From assembly GCA_002633005.1 (NCBI GenBank), contig NMRA01000253.1, positions 507,251-571,250 on the forward strand: a stretch of DNA of 64,000 nucleotides, read 5' to 3'. Below are positions 27,801-39,800 of the stretch, one piece after another; position 1 is the stretch's first letter; each line of letters opens with the position of its first letter. A program made the position numbers and the translations under genes. Below the pieces are notes generated by a model, which saw only the letters and a program-made list of their open reading frames with translations, was not told where the DNA came from and did not search any database. The DNA comes from Phoronis australis. Taxonomy: Eukaryota; Animalia; Phoronida.

Positions 27801-30800
27801 ATATATTTCGACTGAAATGTGCAAGATAATTTTTTTATTCCACAAAATATACATAATATTTCGCAAGTCACAGTATTCCACAAAACTTGCGCAGTATTCT
27901 GCAAATGCGTAATATTCCGCAAAGTCTGCGTAATATTCCGCAAAATCTGCGTAATATTCCGCAAAATCTGCGGAATATTCCGCAAAATCTGCGGAATATT
28001 CCGCATGGCAAAAATTGAACTTCTAATTAAGAAAATGCTAATTGAGTAAATAAAAATGTAACATTGTAAACATATTTAGGGTAAGGTATAGATTTGTTTC
28101 ATACCATTTTTATGGCCCTAAGTGGATATAAAAAAGTGCGGAACCGTTTCGCGCACTTTGAGACTAAATAACATAATCTCATTTGAGAAAAAATCGCCTT
28201 ATATGTACTTTTACTACTTGACACAGCGTAGTATTTTAGGAAATAGACTTTGTATTAGCTTTCCTAATTAAGGTCCAACATAACTTTAAGACCAAGTTTT
28301 CTTTTCATCCAAATAGTACTACACGAACACTAAAATCACATTCCATCGGCTCATCGAAAAGAAAGCGATATTCTAGTGAGCAAAAAGAGACACGCGCCAG
28401 TGGATAGCCGGGAGCGAACAACTTCAGTGATCGGACGTTGGCTAATGACAATGGGTTGGAAGCATAACATACATGTAGATACGACCGGGTCGTTAAAAAC
28501 AATGTCTGAGTGCTGTAGAGCTAGATTTCATTTTCACTGACAGCCGGTTACTGACGCCACAAGCTCTACGAGGCCATGCAGTGGCCCCGGATATGCAACC
28601 CGGCGGGGGCGAAACGAAAGCCCAATTATTCGAGAAATAGCTAACGTTGGTAATGGGTCACCTCATTTGTTAAACAAACGGTCGAGATTTAAAAAAGTGC
28701 GAAGCTTGAAGCAGTCTTCTGTCTATCCGGTGTGCCGACCACATAAATATAGATTATTACATGGCGAAGTCGTTATCCCCCGTTATCTAGAGTCCGAGTG
28801 GATTTTGGAGAATTATCGCTCTTTCAGAGTTGCATGAATTTCCTCCAAAGTGATAAAGTTTTCAAGTTCGACTCGGCTAGACTGGTTCAATTTAGGCATT
28901 GGGCACGATGCCAAATTTTCATTTAAATTAACATCAACAAAGACACAGTCTTTACAGGAGTATAAATTTTTTTAAAGAAGTGATCTCCGAGAGGATAGTG
29001 GATTGTTCCTTGATAACAGCGTTATTGAAGCTCAGTAGCTTAGTTGCAGCCTTATTCACCAAATTTCGTTTTTCTAATGCACAAAAAAAATTTGTTGGGT
29101 TTTCGCCATTTTCAACCCAGTTGGCTCTCGATCTGACCATTACTCCATGCATGTATTATTTGTGGTAATCCTCATATTCTCACTTCTTATTTTGCAATAG
29201 AACAGCAATTTCAGGGTCGTCATTGAACCTATCTTGTAAGGACATTAACTGCTTTTCCAAGACTTTTTCTTTTCTATTTTTTCTTTATTCTTAGAGATAC
29301 AATATGGAAGTTACCGTTCGAATATTAACCAATATCTTCTCCAAAAACAATTGATCAGATACATAAAACTGAATATCATCGGAGTCAATTTCTTGTTTTT
29401 GTTCAAATCGTATATTGCATATTGCTTTTTCGTACACAAAATCTCATTCTTGACAAGATTAATACTCTTTGTAGTGAGTTATTAAATTTACAAAACCCCG
29501 GTTTTTTGAACGTAGTCATTGTATAGTTAAGACGACGTTGCTATGGTCCGATCAGTAGACCGACTGTTTTTTCACCTTTTCAATACGAGAGAGTAATTGT
29601 TGGGTAACAAGAAAATAATCGAGCCTAGCTTTTTTAACTAGGTTTGTCCTGGGCCCGGTCTCCAATCTCCGTACTCAGACTCATACTCGACATTTCATAC
29701 TCAAAATCGTGCTCAATGGAGTCGTACTCAAAAAATCGTATCTAATGTCGTATTTCGAGTAGACTTCAAACGTACTCAAATCTGACACTCATACTCCAGT
29801 TGCTATGGAACTCTGTATGATGTGAAATGCATAATCACGCAAAGCTGCGCTGATTCATCGCTTCCTATTGGAATAGACCACCCCAGGAATTAGGCCTACA
29901 TTATCGTCTGCTGTCGCTACACCTACAATAGTATGTCTATAACGTGGAATTCTGAGTGTTCTGTAACTGTTATTCATTTTTTAGTTTCAATAAATATTCT
30001 TATGCCATTTCTTTGATACATTTGGCAATTATTAAGCTTTACTTCTTGAGTTTCTCACCCAGTCCCGAAAATGTCTTAAGAAATTTGTAACAGCTTATCA
30101 CATCACATCTCTGTTGCTAATTTAGTCTTGACATAAAACCCATTGCTGTGTAGACCTACGCTGATGTCAAACTTTGATACTGTATCTTTATATTTTACCG
30201 GGATGTATGAAGTGAGTTGACATTTGGCACGTGAGTTAAAAAACAATTTTTGCGCAGGCATACAGAGTTCACCAGTGGCAGTGAACGGGACGAGACATCT
30301 ACTTAGAAATCGGCAAACAAAATTTGGAATTCCATTTGGGGATTGAGGAATTATAGATGACTAAGTTATGATGAGAAATGTACCTGACAGGGAAGCGAAC
30401 TTTTTTTAACTTCCCTCCGCTCCTCGTCTTTTGGAAACCCTACAAAACGTAGGCACACATACCGAAATAAGGGAAGCACAAACTTCTCACACGACTTTTC
30501 CCACAACTGCTTTCGACGCTTGTTATGACTCGTCGACAAGGGATTACAATGTGCCTGTTGCCAGGAATTGTAGAGGTAGAATGGCGGCCATAACATACAG
30601 TGATACGGCGGGTTATTAAGGTGAAGAATAAGATTTAAGATGAAAACTATTATCTCTGAACTGAAATTGAAGTGCTGAAATACGGTAAGAGGGCTTATTT
30701 TTTTTTTTAGATTTGCTGTGTTTCTTGGTTCCCTTTCGATATTTTGTTCTGTGGCTCGTATTTATTTTCGAGTACGATTTCAAGCACACTCCCATACCAA

Positions 30801-33800
30801 ACTTGAAATTTGAGCATAGACTCCGATTTTTTACTCAAAATCGTACTCGAAATATAGATGAGATACACTTCAGTTCGAGTACACTCGAAAACTGAGTACG
30901 TGCTCGAAATTTCGAGTACAGATTTTTCGAGTATGTCATTGAATACACCAAAGCTGAGTCTGTACTCGAGTTGAGTATGAAGTGTGAGTTTGAGCATGAT
31001 TCGAGTCTGAGTACGGAGATTGGAGACCGGGCCCTGGACCATGAAAACGTTTTGGCTGAGGGATGACAAACATGGATCCGTAAGATCAAGAGCCACCTTC
31101 ATCTCCAGCATTTGGTCACGCGCTTTAGGGTTATTTACTGAGATATAATTATGACAATGAAGATGAAAATCTTGAACCAAATTAAAATCGCTACAAACAA
31201 TAACAAAATAGTTATTGTAACTGGCGATTTTCTGTGAAATGTTATTAAAAAATTGAGGGCTATCTTTTTTTGTCCATAAATATTCACCAACACAATACAG
31301 ACACAGTTATTTACTTCACGCTCTAAAATTAGGAGATTTTCTGCAGTATCCGAAGCAAAAGACAGAACTTTAAATTCAAAATTACTATTAAACAAGATAG
31401 CGACACCCCTGGAATCACTTCGAGCATGGCAGAAAAAACAGTCATATCCCCACTGAGCTCGAATTATGGATTCTTCCGCAGCAGTAAATTGAGTACCTTG
31501 TAGGCAGAAAATAGTGTACGCACGCTGCCTTATAATATGACCCTGTGAGTCTTGACTGGCAATTTACCTATCGCCAGGATTTTGAGTGACAGCTTAACTG
31601 ACCATTTAGAACAGATCATTCTTGACACACATTCGTTTCCAAGTCGCCACTTTACCCGACAAACAACACGTTGCCGGGTAAAACTTATTGTTTGTTAGTC
31701 GACATTACGCAAGGGGGCGGAGCTTGCGATAGGTCAATTGTTTCTGATATGGTCGCAGAGCCAGCCCGCGAGTAATTTTATAAAAGTAGAATCTTACCTT
31801 TTATACCCAGAATATGCAGTTTTTCTAGATGTTAGAGCTATGTCAGGACGATTTCGCAATTTCTGACCAAAGGCATCATCTTACCCGTTGAATGGCTGGA
31901 TGTTTACATAAGCTTTTTCTTTATATCTTTTGGTGAATTGGATGCACTTGCTATTTCCCACTTTGGTAACGTCCATGATTTCTTGCATGGCTGCCATGAT
32001 GGAGTTCTTCGTTGATTGTGCTGAAAGCAAATATGGATGGAACTACATCTCCTTGAAGATAGCAGAACGATGTTTGAAATAAATGAAAACAATGACAACA
32101 ATGCACATTGTAATGTCATGACGACAAGGCTGTTGTTAATATCATACCTTGGCTTCATTAAATCGCAGTTGCATCTTTCTCCAGACAACAACTACGTTTG
32201 TCTTATCCACGTTTCTTTCAGAAGTAAACTGTAGATTTCGGAGCAAATTCATTGATCACTAATTTACATCTTTATGGATATGATATATCAACGGAAAAAT
32301 CTTTTTTTGTGAAATCTGCTGAAGAGGAAGTGCGAGCAACAGCCAAACTCACATCTGTTTAAACGCGTTTTTTAAAATGGTGTTCCCGATGTGAGACTCG
32401 ATTCAAAAGCTTTAATGAATCTTTTTCTAACGTAACTTAGGTCAAAATCGGAGTAACTAAGTTTTTAGCCTCGTTTCATGGAATTTGTTATGACCAAAAT
32501 TAATGCTGAAAACGGTCGAACTGCTAAGACCGAAAGTTAGCCTGCTACATATTATGTTTAGGATTGGTTTTGGTCTAAATGACCACAATTTACAACTATC
32601 ATGATCACTGTAAATTGTTGAGGAACAAATTCGTCTAACATTTTTCACAGTCTAATGTCAAATTGAAGATCGTATGCTATCGCGGATTCGAGAACCTGCA
32701 AAACACCAAACTCTATGAAGTGCGAATTACCTCACCTGTGAAATGGTATGTAAAGTATTATTTGACCGGTTAGAGGCGATAATGAATACACCATGTTCAG
32801 GACAGTAGGTTTATATTTGAAGACTAAGTACCGAGAGAGCTACTTCCTTCACAACAATTTATAACTACTCTACGTAGTAATACGATAATACAGCATTCCC
32901 CCTCTTTAGCAAATACGGTCGTAAAGTAATGATAAATGGTGATAACTTGAGCTTGTAGTAGTTCCTAAGTAAGTAAGTATGATTATGTGAATAAATGTCT
33001 TATTAAGGTGGTGTCCTAATATTTAAAAAAAATCCTTGTAGCTAGAGGGTCTTCTTGCAGTCTTTCGCACCGATCTCCTGACGACGGACTCTGGTTTAGC
33101 TTCTACTGGTGTATTGAGAGAACCCACTAATGTGTCGGTAGATGTTGCGTGAGTAGGCGTGTTGTCGCTGAAATTAAAACTAGTGCTATTGGGGGTTTCG
33201 ACAATACAACTGCCTGGGTTCGTGTCTTGGTGTAAGACGGTACCCGGGTGCCAGGTCTTGGTTTCTTTGTCGAGAATTATAACATGCGGGCAACAAAACA
33301 ACCCTGGAAGCGTTTGTTGGACATGATTGTCTTTTATTTGTAGCTCGTTCATCCAATCTTCTGCGATGTGCACCCTCACCAGGTTCAGAGCGGCTCGGTA
33401 GAGTAGTGACGACTGGTCGGCCAAATAACAATTCCGATGGTGATGGAAGCTTTGAGTCAATCGGCATGGCTCTGAGCTGAAGCAGTGCTAAGGCGATATC
33501 AGACTTTTGTCGCAAGCACTTCTTCACAACAGACATAATGTGTCTTATACGGCATTCGATGAAGCCATGGCTGCAGGAGTAGTGAGGTGAGCTGGTGACA
33601 TGCTGAATGTCCCAGGAGGTGACAAATTCCTTGAAGGCTGCACCGGTATATTGTGATCTGTTGTCTGTCATCATTTCGTCTGGTTTTCCAAGCAGAGCGC
33701 AGTAGTCTCTAATCATCTTTGTTACAGCACGACAGGTTACTGACGTTTTTATTTCGTCTTGTACAGGGTATTTCTAATACCAGTCAATGGTCAACAAGAG

Positions 33801-36800
33801 TTGTCTGCCATCGATCTCGAATAGGTCATACGCGATTAACTGCCATGGTCTGGAAGGTGCATCCTGGGGATTGAGGGGTTGTCGAGGGTTACCATCTTGG
33901 AACTCCTAACAAAGTGGGTACGATTTGCATAGTCACTTAATGTCCGCATTGATATTTACTCAGCATATACTGTCTATGGCAAACCGTCGTGTCTTCAACG
34001 TCTTGGTGCCTTTGGTGGAGTTGCCGTAGGATATCCCCTCTCATCTTGTCGGTTATCAGGACTTGTCGTCCCTTGAGCAGGATTCCGGCTTCGACAGCTA
34101 ACTCGTCCCTGAAGGCCCAGTAGGAACGTGCCTGTTCAGGTAAGTCCTTTATAGTCTCAGGCCATCCTTGATAGACAGTGTTTTGATCAGGTTGAGCGTG
34201 GTCTTAGGTGGTTTCCGCTCCAAGTATCTCTCTCTTTTTGTCAGAGAAGTTAATTATGGCCATTTCTTGCCTGACTTTGTCGCGCATGTGAATCCTGATC
34301 TTTCTTGGGGTGTCGACGAACGCTTCAGCATCGGGTTTGAGAACAAGCTTTGCATTGCCACCAAAGCTACCAATCCTGTAGAACTGGACAGGGTATGAGT
34401 TCTTCAGCTGGCCTGTGGTAGTGAATCGTGTTTTCTTCACACTGTCGGTATGTATTGTGATGAGTCTGAGTTTCTCACAGGTAGGTACACCAACAGCAGC
34501 TGGACCAGGGATATCCACAAAATAGAATATTGCAGGGACCCATGTATAACTGCCGTACTGGCAATCAGTCTTAATATGGCCAAAGCATGGGATGTTGTCA
34601 CTGCTGTGCGAGGTGAGTTTTACCTGCTACGCGAGATGCAGGATTTGATTTTGAGCATATCTGGAGACTGGCCATTCATGTGTTTGAAGGTATGAAGCGG
34701 TAATGTGTTGCCTGAACAACCGGAATCTATCTTCAATCTCAATGTGTGACAGGTTGAAGAGTGCATATGAGGTAGATTGATGTTAATGGTGGTACCTTTT
34801 TCATCTCGTGTCATACTGTCTAGGCATTTGATGCTCACAGTACGCGAACATAAGTGCTTTTGGTAGGTCTCGCCATCGTCGTCAACAGGATGGATGTTCT
34901 TGTGAGCCTTTTTCCGCCGGTATGTGACTTAAGTCTGCTCAGACCGGGGTTTCGATTTGTTGCGTCGCCCACGGGAAGGATGATGTCGCTATNTTATACC
35001 TAGACAGGATTGTTCATCCATGAACAACCCTGCCCATGTGGCACATACTGAGCCACAACACCACGTTCCTTACAATATCTCTTTTTATCACTCCGGCTGG
35101 TCTGCTCACTCAGCTTGCCCGGAACCTGCTTTGCAGGTTGTTATAGCCCAGTTGGCTGTTTGGTGTACCCACTTGGTACTTTATATGATATTTGCCCATT
35201 TGGCAGTTTGTACCCACTTCGTACTTGTTATTGAATTTGCCGCTTTGCTCGACCCAGTTGGTAGGCAATTGGCCAATACCCATTTGGTATTATGTACCCA
35301 TTTGGTACTATAATAACCTGTGCCACTTAGTATCCGATACCCAATTACATTTTGGGTATCGGAAATGTGTGTGTTATCTCTTGTAATTAAGGAACCCATC
35401 TGGTTCCTTCTGTGAAATATTTATTTGTAGAGCTGTGACAATGAAATTCCCAATACAACTTAAAATATTTATTATTCTTGTTGTTTTATTTGTCCCCAAT
35501 AGTTAATTTCCGCAGTCTTTCAAAGTTTTTCTAGTTTCACCACATCGGTCCTGGGAATCACAGATATGATTGTGTTTTACCGTTGCCACCATGACGTATT
35601 ATTTGACCGGTTAAAGGCAATAATGAAGACACCAGGTTCGGGACAGTAGGTTTATATTTGAAGACTAAGTACCGACAGAACTACTTCCTTAACAACAATA
35701 TTAACTACGCTACATAGTAATACGATACTATACAACAGTATGCCCCAGCCGTATCAGGGTGTTCTTACTTAAAATGAGATCGCATATGAATTCAATAGCT
35801 GTAATAAAACTCCCATTTAACGTTTAAAGACCAAGATTATGCTTGAAATCATATTTCACGAGAAACCGTAATTAATGTTTTGAATTCACTACAGGTGGCA
35901 AAAGCATAGTTTGTATGTTCACTTAAGTCAATAGTCGACTTAAAATTTAAGATCGAAGGTCAAAAACCAACTTTGTGTTCTTAAAACAATATTTTCTTAA
36001 TATTCGACCTCAGTTTCAATAGATGTAACAATGGTACTATCCTCACGTCTAACCAAGACATCTAGGAAAGGTGAACACGACTCAGATTAACTGATGAAAT
36101 TGATGGACGGCTGCATATTGTTCATGTGGTTGTTTGTATTCTGATGATGTCTAATGAATAGACGAAACATCGAATTAATGTGAACTTTTTCCTTTGTGCG
36201 GCGATTGTTCTTTTTTGGTTCTATTATGGCCAGAAACGGGTGTACTTTTTCACCGCCTTGTTAGTAATGTGCCCAAGGTCCCCACCGAACCGGCTGCCCG
36301 TATCACAGTGAGATATTAAGCACGTCCTGTCTGTGTGAGAGAGACTGTAAATCTGGACAATATAAAATGCCGTCACATGTTTCCTAGTACAAACATCTTG
36401 CGTTATACAGACGAACTTAAGCAGTTCATGAAAATACGGAAACAGTGTGTATCTACGCATAAATAAAGACAACCTACCGAAGGTGTCGTTGATTTTGTAA
36501 TACACTATTCCCTTTGGCCACAATTTTCCCCTGTTGGCCAAAGCATTTCGGTGCTGCAAGAAAAGTCAAAATTGTCTATTAATTTATATACTTGAATTTC
36601 AGTCAACAACCTGCGTGGTATGATTTCAATTTCCACAGTTAGCTTTCCTGGCGAATTTCTGCGACAGCTTTTCACATTTGTTTACAATTCTTCGATCGTT
36701 AATTCTCAATTATTCCTTCAAGCAACGAGCACCCATGAACAGTAAAGCCGTGGCCAGAGGATTAGTCCCCAAGGCTGGTCTTCGATGTTATTTATCTGGA

Positions 36801-39800
36801 AGAAAGCGGCTCATTTCCTAAAACCTGGGCTGATTGTCGTATACGTAACAGTCTCACTAAGGAAGCTAGTCTGACCACGTGCCTCGTTTGCAATGCATGG
36901 CGATATTTCGCTAAGTCTAGCGAGTTCTTGCTTTTCTTAAAAGAAATTGGTTTGACGCAACGTACTCTTTGTCTGACGTCTGCAAAGCCCAATGCGATCA
37001 CGTGTCTTCGCGAGATATTCCATTGTATCACAAGCGAATTACGTTGATTCAATAGCTTTTGCTCTCGAGCATCTGCTAATAGAAAGGGCCTATGGGGTGC
37101 TAACCTGTTTAGCAGATTATTTCTTCCATCTGTCCACTGCTAATTAATTTTCAGCTGCCAAGTACATTTACTGTAAGATCGAAACCAGTGGAGGAAGGAG
37201 CGTTTTCAAGAATGTCCGACGAGTGGCGATTGTGTGTGCAGTCAACTGATCAACACTTACGGAATTTAGGCATGTATGGGTCATAAAATAAAGTAGGCAT
37301 CGCTTATTTGCTAATTAGAAATGCACTCTTCCAATTTCAGTTGAACAACCACCTGTAAATATGAAGCACTCATATTTTTCATACCTTAGGATTAAAGCGT
37401 GCCGGCATGTCGATGTCACCTTCAAACTTCCCCCCGAGCTCTTCCGGATTTACCTCGTTACTTAAACCTGAGGAGTATGAAAAGTTACGTCACACATTAC
37501 ACTCTTTCTAAGATTTAGCTGTCGACGAAAATGACTTGTGTGAAATGCATGTACAACGAATCACATCAAAATAAACCAGACAATTTAAAGCCTTAATCTT
37601 TCAACAGAGTTTTGTTATTCGAAATGTATTGGGCTACTATACAGATCGTCCTTATAATGCTTTGGCAACATAAGAAAAGAACAAAAGAACGTTTAAACAC
37701 CCAAACGCAGTCGTTTTGTCCAAAGCCCACGGTTCGGACCTGCTTAGGCTCACCCCTCGTCTCCCAAGGCTAGAAATTAAAAGTTGGGTTTGGTCAGTTT
37801 TAAAGCCAGTTATGTGAACTAAATAGGAGCGATTGTCGACAATAGTATTCAGTAGTTATTTGAACTTGTTTTGAGTACAAAGGTGAGTCCATCTTGTTTC
37901 AACTCTGTTTTCCCCAAATATGGACGTCCTGCCACTTTGTAAGAACTTCGTTGTACTGGTCGAATTGTTTTGCTGAAAGTTTAAGGTCTCTTAGACAAAG
38001 GGAATTCTGGTTGGTAAGGGTATATTCTAGCCTAAATTTCTGGAATCCTATGGTCAAGAGCATTTAGAATCTTGTGTTCATTTTGTGACCAGAGCAGTAA
38101 TCAATTTGTGATTTGGGGGAGAAAAAGGCCAAATTTCCATTTCTAGTCATGTTTCGGTATCTGGATTATTTTCTGTGGACACCAAGTCCATTGGATTTCT
38201 TTATCTGCGAGAGATTCAATCGATCGTGCTTTATGCAAGTTATGCGATTCTGACAACTGCCATGGAATTTACTGTCATAAAAACTTTTCGCAACTCCGCT
38301 GTTTTTCAGCTGAATTGTCGAGAGCTATACAATGTATCGTGAAAAAGCCGTTTGTCAGTTCTTGATTATTAAGGTTGAAGCCAGATATAAATGTTTTAAT
38401 TCATAAGTGCTTATCAGTTCGCATACCAGGCTGGTTTAAAAATATTTTTAATTCTAAAAACCAAAAGTGTTACCAAAATGCGAAAAATAACAGAGTGCAA
38501 TATAGTAACGTAAAAAAACAAATGAATCAGAGAGGTTAAATAAATGACTAGTTAAGCAATTAAGGAAATAATATCAATAATTTAAAAGATTTCTACCCTA
38601 TAAAGGCAAAGGTTTTAGAATAATGATCCCTCGCAATTGCGGTGGATAATTTAGTCAAGCAGACATCTAAAATTTTATGTCTTTATGTATTACAATTCAC
38701 TGCAAGTTTGGGGCCGTTTGGTGCAATTACATTATTTTGTAAAATTCAGAATGCAGTGACATTTACGAAAAATGCGATAAACTACTCCAACTATCTATCC
38801 GAAATGTTCACATAAAGGTTTTCTGCAAGATAAAAATGGGCATTAACGTACATGTATATCACGTACCTTTGAAATACACTGTGGATAGCGCACCACAGTG
38901 GAGTGTAGGACTTTCCATAAAAGTTTAGATATATTTTTTTTCTTCAGAATGTGGTCCTGGTACAAGCAGTGTGTGTTTCCGTAAACAAAAGACACTGGAA
39001 CACATTTTTACGATTGTTATATTACTAAAGACAGTGGACTCGGAAAAATAACAATATTCAACACCTGTTGTATAGTTGTCCTGGTCAACATTCAAGAAAG
39101 AAAAAAAAACGGGACAACGGGATTGAAAAGAGAGACTTCGCGATAAAAAGCGGGTGAAGTCTTCGTTGCAGTAGACAAAGACGGACTGATAGCGTTTTTT
39201 GCAGGACGGGAGAAGCAACACGCAAAGGTGCCTGACAGCGTTTTTTGTTGTCGCTGTTGTTATTGTACTGTTATGTTTTTATAGGTGAATGGGAAATTGC
39301 GGGTGTCGCAAAGTCCATGAAACGTTCCTTTTTTCTGTTTAGTCGAGCGGGAAAATATGTATATGTCACGTGGTACATGACTATATGATAATATATCAAT
39401 TTGGTCGTGTGTCTAAAGCCGGCATTTAGAGTGCTGTGGCGGGATGGCGCAAAAAGTCAAAACAGTGGGACAATCCAATGTATGCGGTCAGCAACACAAA
39501 GTTCTGGATTGGGTACCTGACGACTTCTTGCACTAAACACAATAGAGGGTATCTAATGCTATGATAGGTTGTTCCGAGTCTGCGTAGTATGCTGTTTTGA
39601 TTGGTTGTCCCGATTCCATTTACTTGTACATGTAGTATGCATCGATCAATAAATGCTCGTAACTGGAGATTAGCTAGTTAACCAATCGCCTGGTAGTGTT
39701 TGTGCGAGTTCTAATTTGGCAGCTGATCTACGGGTTTTTTTCTTTAATGTATCTGATATGAAATTGATGATTTTAAGCACTTTGACGTGTATTTAGCTTC

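Noticed and set aside
27758-28049. ORFs with RNIPQIL / IFRKIC repeats as a repeat protein
   Set aside because: They are translations of the 21-bp tandem repeat in the foldback TIR.
30707-31180. 157-aa ORF as a host gene
   Set aside because: It is a chimera of LINE endonuclease sequence reading into the MITE.
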